Virus record (IMG/VR): IMGVR_UViG_3300027752_001458
Coordinates: 32,001-96,000 of that record
Direction: 5' to 3' (one strand)
Origin: a virus
Length of the DNA: 64,000 nucleotides
Shown here: in pieces, positions 1-8,754 of the stretch
How the letters are laid out: every line of letters begins with the position of its first letter
How positions within the stretch are numbered: the first letter of the stretch is position 1
The notes under the pieces: generated by a model
Seen by the model: the letters and a program-made list of their open reading frames with translations, nothing else
What the model was told of the DNA's origin: nothing
Database searches by the model: none
Translations under genes and position numbers: made by a program

Positions 1-2710
1 ATTCGTAAAGATAAATTGTGTTTTCAATTTTCAGAAGATCTAGATAGTTTGTTAATGTGTATTCTCTTTTTAATACATTGTTCATAACTAGTTTTTCTTC
101 GATGTACTTGTCACCAAAGGCTATCATAAACGTATCGTCGAATACATTCTTGCCTTGGTTGTATGCAATAACATTCTCTAAAACTAATTCTAGCATGGCG
201 CTGTACGACATTGCTGTGTAGTCTGAACTGTTTACAAAGTTTTTAATTTCTTTCTTTAATCTGTTCTTATACTTTACATATTCTTCTGCAACAAAATCCA
301 TACTGTCTTTAATATTGAACTTGTCATTACTGAACAAGAATGCCGATAGTCTTAAATCGTCATCAGTTTGCATAATCTTATCTGCGTACTTTATGTCTCG
401 TTTAACATTTTCAGAGTTGTTTGCACCTAATGAGTCACCTGTGTGATCTTCCTGAAACTCTATTAAGTTTTTAAAGTGTTCCAAGTACTCAGGTTGTGAT
501 ATTGAAAGTATATCTGCATTGTCTAAGTTACTGTGCCAACTGCCTGGTACGTGATATCTACCGTTAGTGTTTACACTTTCAAAGTATCCAGTGTCTGTCT
601 CAGTAAATATATCAATGATATCAAATTTGCTAAATGTAAAACTTGCAAAAATAACTGCAACTTGTGAGGCATCGTATGAGAACAACTCTGTTCTCTTACC
701 GTTAACATAAATGCGTATGCTCTTCTCAACTAGCCCTGCAATATCACTCTTGGAGTTAGTTGGTACTGCTGATATGTGGTATAACCTTTTAGCACTTTCG
801 GAATCACTGTCATTAATAATGTATCGGTCTTCCACACGTTGCTTTAATTTTTCTTCTAATGGTCTCCATGCAGTATCGTAAGTTACTTTAGCATTATTCT
901 TTTTATAATAGATATAACCACTAATTTGTTTCTTAGCTGTGCCACCGAAAGGTGTGTAAGATTCAAAGTAGTCATCTATATGGTTAGTAAATGATATTTC
1001 ACTAAAGTTGTTAAAGTTTTTATACTCTAACGGGAAGTTTAAAACAGGGTCAGCTGTTCTGTTTGAACTTGTCGGAGTGTACCCAAAAATGTTGTTGCCA
1101 GTAAATGTGCTTGATGGGTAAGTAGCATCGCTGTCTAGCCTGACTTTGCTACTGTCGTACATAACAAACTCAATTGGCGTATTAATTTTTGTCTTCTGCT
1201 GTCCTGCTTTCCATTCAGTGCCTGTCCAGTAGTATTCTATACCCTGGTATTTAGAACCAAACTTAACTGTAATAACATCACCGACTTGTGCAACATATGG
1301 CACAAACCCTGCTTGCCCGTCTAATAAGCCTGCAGGACTAGTAGCGTCTGCTACTTTAGTTAGTACTACATTCTCTGATCCATCATCGCTAATAATATAT
1401 GCATGTTGTGAAACAGATGCATCATCACTAGCTAGTAGTATTGTGTTACCTGGCTGTAATGTTACAGAGTCAATTGATGCGCCTGTCGGTCTACCAACAA
1501 TCTCACTTTGTACATATCCTTCTGCACTCATATCTACTGCAAATTTACCAGTAAGACCAAAGTTCTGTAATTCAATATTTCTATCAAATTCGATAATAGG
1601 TCTTACTGCACGTTTGTCTTTAGGCGGTAACTGGTCACCGACTTCTAAGAATGTGTTCTTGTGGTGCCAAAAGTTAATTCTGCTCCACACGTTATTATCA
1701 GTTGAGCCACGCTCCATGATAATGTAGTCTGGATTTTCCTGAGTGTTATCACTGTCGTACGGTTCGATGTCAAATGCACCTGCGCCGCCCACTGTGTAAA
1801 CTAGTTGTGATCCGAGTGGTGCAACATAGCCGTTCCATAATGGAAGACCTGACTGTGGATCTGTTTGATCGAATGCGTAATCAGGTGCACCTACTTGAGT
1901 GTACTCGCCACCTGCTACTAGTTGTCCCCAGGATTCATAGTTCGTAATGCCTTGTAATCCGCCACTGTTAAAATATGTGCCTGTTGAGCTAGTTTCTATA
2001 AGAGTGTCTTCGACTCCAATAATTGTTTGGTCAAACTGAATATAATCTTCAGTACTGAAAACAGTTGCAAAGTTTTGATCCTTGTTGTGTAGTATAATGC
2101 TTTCGCCTACACCTTCTACAATATATCTGTTTTCATCTTTAAATTTGTTTGGGATAACATAGTTGCCTGCAAAAGTAACAACCATTCCACTTTTTAATGT
2201 AGTTCCTGCGGGTGTTGTGAATGACCTCTGACCTACAATGTCCTTCTCAATGTTTATAGGAGATGCAGATGTACCTTCAACAATAACTGGTGTCGGGCCG
2301 TTTGGACTCCAAAAGTATTCTTGGTAGTTAACAAACTTGTCAATATTAACTGGTGGTAAAAACGTGTATGCTTCAGAATCAAATATTGAATTTTGATTAA
2401 GTGTATTAACACCATAACTTTTAAGCACGTTGATATAGTCCTCATAGAACATAATGTTTGTGCTTTTACCTGTTGTCTGGTCAATAGTACTTACTGCTGG
2501 CTCTAAACTAAACTTGTCTCTATCAGCAGTTGGTTGCAAAATGTATGTATCTTTTGCACTTAACAGGTCCTCTTCTCGTCTACCAACATAAGCAGACATT
2601 GTCTCAACGTTTGCTTTACTAAAAAGTTGCTCAACTGTTGTATCGAAAAAATTCTTTATAACAGGTGTCTGGTGAATTACGGGAAGTTTTGTATATTTTT
2701 TATCAGCCAT
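1..2710 (-). CDS. Large virion structural protein (probable baseplate wedge component); runs off the left edge of the window
   Basis: Absent from the ORF track. ATG at 2710 on minus gives MADKKYTKLPVIHQTPVIKNFFDTTVEQLFSK...PPVNIDKFVNYQEYFW and starts 5 nt after the stop of the gp6-like gene. I translated the N-terminal part only; continuation to the edge is inferred from the track reporting no complete long ORF here. Confidence 0.7.
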   Translation of the reverse strand, partial: MADKKYTKLPVIHQTPVIKNFFDTTVEQLFSKANVETMSAYVGRREEDLLSAKDTYILQPTADRDKFSLEPAVSTIDQTTGKSTNIMFYEDYINVLKSYGVNTLNQNSIFDSEAYTFLPPVNIDKFVNYQEYFWSPNGPTPVIVEGTSASPINIEKDIVGQRSFTTPAGTTLKSGMVVTFAGNYVIPNKFKDENRYIVEGVGESIILHNKDQNFATVFSTEDYIQFDQTIIGVEDTLIETSSTGTYFNSGGLQGITNYESWGQLVAGGEYTQVGAPDYAFDQTDPQSGLPLWNGYVAPLGSQLVYTVGGAGAFDIEPYDSDNTQENPDYIIMERGSTDNNVWSRINFWHHKNTFLEVGDQLPPKDKRAVRPIIEFDRNIELQNFGLTGKFAVDMSAEGYVQSEIVGRPTGASIDSVTLQPGNTILLASDDASVSQHAYIISDDGSENVVLTKVADATSPAGLLDGQAGFVPYVAQVGDVITVKFGSKYQGIEYYWTGTEWKAGQQKTKINTPIEFVMYDSSKVRLDSDATYPSSTFTGNNIFGYTPTSSNRTADPVLNFPLEYKNFNNFSEISFTNHIDDYFESYTPFGGTAKKQISGYIYYKKNNAKVTYDTAWRPLEEKLKQRVEDRYIINDSDSESAKRLYHISAVPTNSKSDIAGLVEKSIRIYVNGKRTELFSYDASQVAVIFASFTFSKFDIIDIFTETDTGYFESVNTNGRYHVPGSWHSNLDNADILSISQPEYLEHFKNLIEFQEDHTGDSLGANNSENVKRDIKYADKIMQTDDDLRLSAFLFSNDKFNIKDSMDFVAEEYVKYKNRLKKEIKNFVNSSDYTAMSYSAMLELVLENVIAYNQGKNVFDDTFMIAFGDKYIEEKLVMNNVLKREYTLTNYLDLLKIENTIYLYE

Positions 2711-2715
2711 TTTTA

Positions 2716-5700
2716 TTAATATCCACTTGAGTCGCTTGAGTTATTGCCTGAACTAGTTGCACTAGAACCTGTAATCTGATTGTTAATCACGTTATCTTGT
2801 GTAGTAGTTGCTTTGTTCTTACCTTCTTCCGCTACATAGTTACCCATGTATGTTGTTATGCCGTTTGGCATATAAAATGTCTTTCCAAAGAAATCATGTG
2901 TATGCGATGTACCGTTGCCTACAAAGTCTGATGCTTCTTTTGTTGGATACAATGGATAGTAACCATTGATTGCAAAAGGACCAATCTCACTCTCTGGGTT
3001 TTCATATGAAGTAAATGTTGGTGTGCCACTGGTAGGCTTAATGTTCTCTTTAGTGATTTTGTCAACGATGTCAATATCGTCAACTGACGCTGTACTTAAA
3101 AATAACTCGTCACTGTCGCTCTTCACTTGAAATAAGTCTCCGAAAACACCTGTTGCTCGTTTAGGTACGATAACAATACTTCCGATCGAGTTACCTACTT
3201 CTTGATGTATGTAACTACTTAGTTCCGTAAAGTAGAATGTATCGCCAAATTCCCAATTGTCTATACTGAAATATTTAGTAACTGATTTAATAATTTTGGT
3301 TTTAATCTCGTTGTCACTTAGTGACGTGCCTGGTAGTCTGACTACTTTGAATCTTGCTTGTAGTTCTGCCTGTGCATCGTCGCCAAATAATAACTTAAAT
3401 CTGCCGCTCTTGAATAAAATTTGATCACTAGCCGCTTTGTAAGTTTGTAAAATTTGGAACTCTGTTTCAAGTTCTAATGTGCTTGGCTCTTCGGGCCATG
3501 CTGTTCCTGGAACGTTAATATACGAAAGTACTTCATCGTAGTAAGTGTCTGTTAACATGAAAAACTCATGTACATTACTAATACTAGGATCAATTCTCAT
3601 ATCGTTATTTGCAATATGGTTCCACTTAAATACTACACTTTCTTGTGTAGCGTTTTGCGTATCTTGTGTAAAGCTCTTGCCAATTTTAGCTCTATGCTTT
3701 GAACTTTCATAGTTGTTAACAACATTAAGGTTTGTGCTACTGTAGGACATCAAGTAGACTTTACCTGTATCTTTTGCATAAACTTTCTTGTTATGGAACT
3801 TGCCGTCAACATTGTTAAACGTGTCTACAATGGCTTTCGATTTAACTAGGAAAATATCGTAGTCTGCAATATTGTAATATGTGCCTGATAAGTTTAATGC
3901 ACTACCAGTCGAGTTGCCTGCAATCTTATCTTTAGTTGCACTAAAGTTAACACCTGGCTCTCTGCGTAAATCTAATATTCCTGTCTTAACAGGCTTAGTA
4001 TAAGTGTATCCGTCGAAGCTATCGAAGTCTTCAAATATCACAATATCGTTTGGCCCAACAAAATCATCGAACTGTATAGGATTATCCGGACTGTCATCGT
4101 TTGTTGAATTAAACGGAGTTACTTGCACTTTTCTAGCATCAGTATGCCCATCTGCGTAAACAAAGTTCTTAACAGCACTCCAAGTAATAGGAGTATCTAG
4201 TCTGTCTTTTGCTCTAGCATAGTTTACATTAATAAGGTCTTTACTAGCCAAGCCAGTTGAATCGACAGCATAATGTCTGTTGTCATCAAAGTCCACAATT
4301 GTTAATGTGCCTGTCTGTGTGGCAACGTTTGCATTGGATACATAAATGTGTCCACCGCCTCTGTTAGAAATAATGTTGGACTCATATGTAGCCGTGTCAT
4401 GCCTGTATGCTATGTTGCCTTGTGCATTTAGTATCGGGAAGCCAAACGTTGTGCTTGTAAAGTCAATGTTTACTTTACTAGGTAATGAGTGTACAACACC
4501 TGTGTTATTTGCAATAGTAACATTTATGTTACTTGTTAAATCCGATGTATCGAAGTTAGAACCTAACGGTATAGTTAAGTTGTGTACAAATGTGTTACCA
4601 GATGAATTACCATTCTTAAATAAACCAAAGTTTGAGTTAACTGTGAACTCTACTTGGCTATAGTTTACACTTCTTGATTTCAAAGGTATGTCAGTAAAGT
4701 TAACACCATCTTTGGTTGAGTACCACTTATCACCAATGTAATCTGGTGTAGGTGTCGTTGTATCTCTCCACTCAAAGCCTTCTAATGTCTGACCTTGTGT
4801 GTTAAGTGTTGTTAGCTCTAGCGTATCATATTTTGCTCTACCTGTAAAACTATCTACAATTCTATTTTGGTTAATGTTATAAAATCTGCAATCTTCATAA
4901 CTTTCAAAAATATACTTTGTGCCTCTTAGTTCTACATTGTATCTAAACGACAACGTGTCAATTGGCTCATACATAAACTTCATGAGCCAACTTCTATCTC
5001 TGTTGTTTCCGGATGTATCTTCTGAGTTACCGATATCAAACGTGTTAGTCAAGTCCATATCATTATTATTAACAACATAGAACGTGTCTGTTGTTGCATT
5101 ATAGCCAACACCGAATGTTTGCTTTTTAGCAATAGCAGATGAAATTTTGTTGCTTTCGACTTCGTAAAACTTACTTCTTAATGTAGTAATAATTTCTTTA
5201 CCAGCCCAGCCATCTCTTACATTTTCACTTAATGCGAATGGACCGTTTGCTGTAGTACTAGAGCTAACACGTCTGCCCGAGTTTCTAACAGAAACTATTT
5301 TAACCCACTTATACTTTGTAATATCTGCAGGATCTACGAACTTTATCATGTGCCCGGGCTGTATAAGGGACAATTCTGTTTTGGAAATATTTACGTCACT
5401 TACTGTACCTGTTTGAGTAAAGGTCTCAGTCATGTAGCCTGTATCATTTTCCGTTGTCTTAGGAAGCGTCTTCCATACTATGCCGTACTGGTCTAATTTA
5501 AATTTGTTTGGCTGTGTCTCAATCCACTTATTTCTAAAATCGCTATAGATAAAATCTCTTAATTCTAGATTCTTTAAGTATATAGGGAACACTTTTTCAA
5601 TTTGTTCTTTTGCTGTGTTGTTACCGTCAATAATAAACGAGTAACTTTGCGGAGAATCTTCTTTGTATAACGCTCCGTCTTCAGCAATAGTAGTTGTTGT

Positions 5701-7125
5701 CTGGAATGTGCTAGTAGGATCGGTAATATCGATATATCTACTGTGTCCAGCATGTGTTTTATTAGTAACTTTTAGTTTTCGTATGTTATTGCTTTTTGCT
5801 AAAGGCAATACTTGATAATCTTGTGCTGACACCATTCTGTCTTGAGCATAAAATGCCTGTGGTGCTCTTTCCTTAATCCCTGCCAATGTCTCTGATGGCA
5901 ATGAATTGTTAATGCTTGTTTGTAATCTAGCAGTAATAGTGAGTACATACTTCTCACCTGTCTGAGTTTCGTATGTTATGTCTGAAACTACGTTGCCCAT
6001 GTCGTCAGGTTGAATACTGTATCTCTCGTCTGCACTTGCTCTGTAAAACGCTCTGTAGTTGCCTACTGGAACGTTTGCAAAGTTACCATCAGCGAACTGT
6101 AATTTAATACCGCCTGTACCTAAGTTTTGTATTGCATACAAGTTAGGTGACTTTTTCGCTAAAGTATTGTACTGTAGTGTCTGCCCAACGGTGTTAGGAA
6201 TCTGTTTCCACTTGGACAGCACACCACCGATAGTACTTACTTGTTGAAAATATACATCAGTTTCATTAATGCCGTCAACAGCAATAGTCTGTGATCTATT
6301 TTCTTCTGGGGTCTCAAAATCGAAAGTTTGTGACTGCAATACTCCTTGTTTGAACATTAAGAAGAATCCGTTATTTGCACTGGAAAGCCCTAGCCCGTCA
6401 TTTCTATGAATTAATCCAAAGTTGTTTGATGGGTCAGGATGCTTTTCAAAGAAGAAATTGTTATCTTCAAAGTCAGCGTTTACGATTTCAAAGTCTCTAC
6501 TAACACCGTTTATACTCTTTTTAAACTTGTAAACAAATGGCGCATTTATTTGAGTGTTAACTTCATATAAGTCGGTAATAATTGAGTTTATTGAACCAGT
6601 CTTAACTGGCTTACTAAATCTATTCACATTGCCAAAGGCACTGTTCATTACAGTAATAAATTGTTCGTAACTGTCTGGGTTGTTTGCATCATTCCAAGTA
6701 ATAGCTCTATTACCTATGTCTGATCCGCCACTATCCGTTAGTGGCTCTGTGGTGCTTACACTTACAATTTTTAACAATCCACCTGCCGCTACGTTCCTTT
6801 TAGGATTATAGCCTAACTGTCTTGCTAGTTTGTATACTGAGTCTTTTCTTTCTGCTGTTTCAAGAAAGTTTTCTCTAGTGTTTACATCCATTCTAAATGC
6901 AATACTCTGTGCCATGTATGCAAGTAATTCTATGATAGCAATGAATTCAGAACTTTCAATGTAATCGTTGAAGTTTTCAGGGAAGTTAGTTCTAATGTAC
7001 TCAATCATCGCTGTACGAATTGTTTCAAAATCGTATGCTTGGAAGTTTACATTGCTGTAAGCCTTATAGGCTATATCCCAATCTTCTGCCGCGAACAAAT
7101 TGTTCTGTCTGTTACTCGTTGCCAT
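2716..7125 (-). CDS. Baseplate wedge protein, T4 gp6-like (1469 aa)
   Basis: N-terminal YDFETIR...FNDYIESSEFIAIIELLAY...ENFLETAERKDSVYKLARQLGY and the internal QDRMVSAQDY motif are typical of gp6/baseplate J-like wedge proteins; adjacent to a gp25-like gene. Confidence 0.85.
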   Translation of the reverse strand: MATSNRQNNLFAAEDWDIAYKAYSNVNFQAYDFETIRTAMIEYIRTNFPENFNDYIESSEFIAIIELLAYMAQSIAFRMDVNTRENFLETAERKDSVYKLARQLGYNPKRNVAAGGLLKIVSVSTTEPLTDSGGSDIGNRAITWNDANNPDSYEQFITVMNSAFGNVNRFSKPVKTGSINSIITDLYEVNTQINAPFVYKFKKSINGVSRDFEIVNADFEDNNFFFEKHPDPSNNFGLIHRNDGLGLSSANNGFFLMFKQGVLQSQTFDFETPEENRSQTIAVDGINETDVYFQQVSTIGGVLSKWKQIPNTVGQTLQYNTLAKKSPNLYAIQNLGTGGIKLQFADGNFANVPVGNYRAFYRASADERYSIQPDDMGNVVSDITYETQTGEKYVLTITARLQTSINNSLPSETLAGIKERAPQAFYAQDRMVSAQDYQVLPLAKSNNIRKLKVTNKTHAGHSRYIDITDPTSTFQTTTTIAEDGALYKEDSPQSYSFIIDGNNTAKEQIEKVFPIYLKNLELRDFIYSDFRNKWIETQPNKFKLDQYGIVWKTLPKTTENDTGYMTETFTQTGTVSDVNISKTELSLIQPGHMIKFVDPADITKYKWVKIVSVRNSGRRVSSSTTANGPFALSENVRDGWAGKEIITTLRSKFYEVESNKISSAIAKKQTFGVGYNATTDTFYVVNNNDMDLTNTFDIGNSEDTSGNNRDRSWLMKFMYEPIDTLSFRYNVELRGTKYIFESYEDCRFYNINQNRIVDSFTGRAKYDTLELTTLNTQGQTLEGFEWRDTTTPTPDYIGDKWYSTKDGVNFTDIPLKSRSVNYSQVEFTVNSNFGLFKNGNSSGNTFVHNLTIPLGSNFDTSDLTSNINVTIANNTGVVHSLPSKVNIDFTSTTFGFPILNAQGNIAYRHDTATYESNIISNRGGGHIYVSNANVATQTGTLTIVDFDDNRHYAVDSTGLASKDLINVNYARAKDRLDTPITWSAVKNFVYADGHTDARKVQVTPFNSTNDDSPDNPIQFDDFVGPNDIVIFEDFDSFDGYTYTKPVKTGILDLRREPGVNFSATKDKIAGNSTGSALNLSGTYYNIADYDIFLVKSKAIVDTFNNVDGKFHNKKVYAKDTGKVYLMSYSSTNLNVVNNYESSKHRAKIGKSFTQDTQNATQESVVFKWNHIANNDMRIDPSISNVHEFFMLTDTYYDEVLSYINVPGTAWPEEPSTLELETEFQILQTYKAASDQILFKSGRFKLLFGDDAQAELQARFKVVRLPGTSLSDNEIKTKIIKSVTKYFSIDNWEFGDTFYFTELSSYIHQEVGNSIGSIVIVPKRATGVFGDLFQVKSDSDELFLSTASVDDIDIVDKITKENIKPTSGTPTFTSYENPESEIGPFAINGYYPLYPTKEASDFVGNGTSHTHDFFGKTFYMPNGITTYMGNYVAEEGKNKATTTQDNVINNQITGSSATSSGNNSSDSSGY

Positions 7126-7127
7126 AT

Positions 7128-7499
7128 TTAAATCTCTCTGCTATCCTGTGTGTATTCCACAAGCAGGGTTTCTTCATCTAAGAAAGGCTTAAGAGTTAGC
7201 TGAACCTGTATGCTAATTGTATGATCAATCACTTGAGTAAACACCTCTTGGATATTAACTCTGGGATCTTTAGTACATATTCTCACTACTTCGTCTCTTA
7301 CTTCTTGTTCTACATAAGTGTCTAGTGGATTCATGATAATATCATAAATAGTAGTACCAAACGTAGGACGCATGACTCGCTCGCCCCTTCGTGTATACAA
7401 TTCGTTTAATAGGTCAACTTTTACTGCTTCACCATTAGTAACAGTGTAAGGAGGTCTAATTTTACCTATTGTGCTAAAGCCTTTATATATGTTTGCCAT
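7128..7499 (-). CDS. gp25: Baseplate wedge subunit / sheath initiator, gp25-like
   Basis: DLLNELYTRRGERVMRPTFGT...DPRV is the gp25/GpW signature. Start moved to 7499 (MANIYKG) because the late promoter overlaps the longer ORF start. Confidence 0.85.
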   Translation of the reverse strand: MANIYKGFSTIGKIRPPYTVTNGEAVKVDLLNELYTRRGERVMRPTFGTTIYDIIMNPLDTYVEQEVRDEVVRICTKDPRVNIQEVFTQVIDHTISIQVQLTLKPFLDEETLLVEYTQDSREI

Positions 7500-7504
7500 A
7501 TCAA

Positions 7505-7536
7505 TATTTATCATCGTTCGTTAAAACATGTTTTAA
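7505..7536 (-). promoter_or_regulatory. Late promoter GATAAATA plus upstream 16-bp palindrome
   Basis: TATTTATC at 7505-7512 (minus GATAAATA) and the perfect palindrome TTAAAACATGTTTTAA at 7521-7536. Confidence 0.7.
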
Positions 7537-7578
7537 TACAGCCCATTTCGGGCCTTGAAAAGTACGCCAAAATAACGG

Positions 7579-7608
7579 TTGACTTTGGTATGATTTAGAC
7601 TATATAAT
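7579..7608 (+). promoter_or_regulatory. Sigma70-type early promoter
   Basis: TTGACT (7579)-18 nt-TATAAT (7603); shares GGTTGACTTTGGTA with the promoter at 20697. Confidence 0.7.
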
Positions 7609-7660
7609 ACTGGAGCATAATACTTTTTATGCATTTTTTACTTTTAAATTTAGGACAGTT

Positions 7661-7945
7661 ATGAAAAACGTTTTAGACAAATTTAACAGCATCGTTGAGC
7701 TTGCAGACAAGGCTAACAAAGCCATTGCCCGCAACCGTTATGAAGGAACTACAGGCTATGGCCCCAGGTTCAGAAAAATGATGCACTTTAACAACAGGCG
7801 TGTACACTCAGTGGGCATTTACGATTACCATCTTAAGAACTACGTTCTGTTTGAGCTAGTCAATATGGTCGGTCAGTCAAAGCACTCGATTCCAAAAGAA
7901 TTGCGTCAAATGGAGCGACTAATATTAGATGCCAAGATTGCCTAA
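7661..7945 (+). CDS. Hypothetical protein
   Basis: ORF with AGGA RBS downstream of a sigma70 promoter; overlaps the next gene. Confidence 0.65.
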   Translation: MKNVLDKFNSIVELADKANKAIARNRYEGTTGYGPRFRKMMHFNNRRVHSVGIYDYHLKNYVLFELVNMVGQSKHSIPKELRQMERLILDAKIA

Positions 7946-8579
7946 CGTAGTATTTGTTCACGGATCAGGTCAATCAGGGCTTAGTGTTAGTTATTTAGAA
8001 GTATTTTTGCCAGAATGTAATCTAGTTTGTCTAGAATACAAAGTGCAAGAAAACCCAGATGATATACTGAAACGATTCAACTTGCTTACTCGTAATGAGT
8101 TTGGAGACGAATCGTTTCATATAATTGCACATAGTTACGGTTGTTTGATCTCTAGCCTGTTTGCCGCGAAGTCGAAACGAGTATTATCATTCGTTGCATT
8201 AAGTTCCCCATGGGGAGGCAGTCAAACAGCACGTTGGATATCAATGGTATTCCGACAAAGTAAACTGTTTAACAATGTAAAGCCGAACAGTAACTTTATG
8301 CAAGACATACAAAACATCAAGTTAGACTGTCATGTTACGAATGTAGTAACAACAGGATCGACAGGCTCTGCTAATGACTTGGCAGGGCTAGGAACACAGC
8401 ACAACGACGGACTACTCACAGTTGCTACTCAGACCAATGTACCGAAAGGATTTTCTAACGTGGAAACTGTTTACCTTCCGTTGAGTCACAACGAAGTACT
8501 TTTATCATTCGATACTATAAATATAATTAAGAAACATACCTTCGGAGACACTAGTGGCACAGAATACTTCTTTAAATAA
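7929..8579 (+). CDS. Alpha/beta hydrolase (lipase/esterase-like)
   Basis: VVFVHG oxyanion motif, AHSYG nucleophile elbow, SSPWGGS, NDGLL (Asp) and LSHNEVL (His). Confidence 0.85.
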   Translation: MPRLPNVVFVHGSGQSGLSVSYLEVFLPECNLVCLEYKVQENPDDILKRFNLLTRNEFGDESFHIIAHSYGCLISSLFAAKSKRVLSFVALSSPWGGSQTARWISMVFRQSKLFNNVKPNSNFMQDIQNIKLDCHVTNVVTTGSTGSANDLAGLGTQHNDGLLTVATQTNVPKGFSNVETVYLPLSHNEVLLSFDTINIIKKHTFGDTSGTEYFFK

Positions 8580-8751
8580 TACACTCGAAGAAGAGTTAAG
8601 ACTAATGCTGATACAGAAGAATAACGAATGCAATCTCTACAAAGAAGAAATTAAAATATTAAAAAGGTCTGTTGCTGAAGAACAAGAAGGCAAATACAGA
8701 GCTTACATTAAGATTGCAGATTTACAAAAAGCAAACCCTCAGAAATACTGA
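8554..8751 (+). CDS. Small coiled-coil hypothetical protein
   Basis: GTG start with GGAG RBS; charged helical sequence; ends head-to-head with the gp5-like gene. Confidence 0.6.
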   Translation: MAQNTSLNNTLEEELRLMLIQKNNECNLYKEEIKILKRSVAEEQEGKYRAYIKIADLQKANPQKY

Positions 8752-8754
8752 CCG

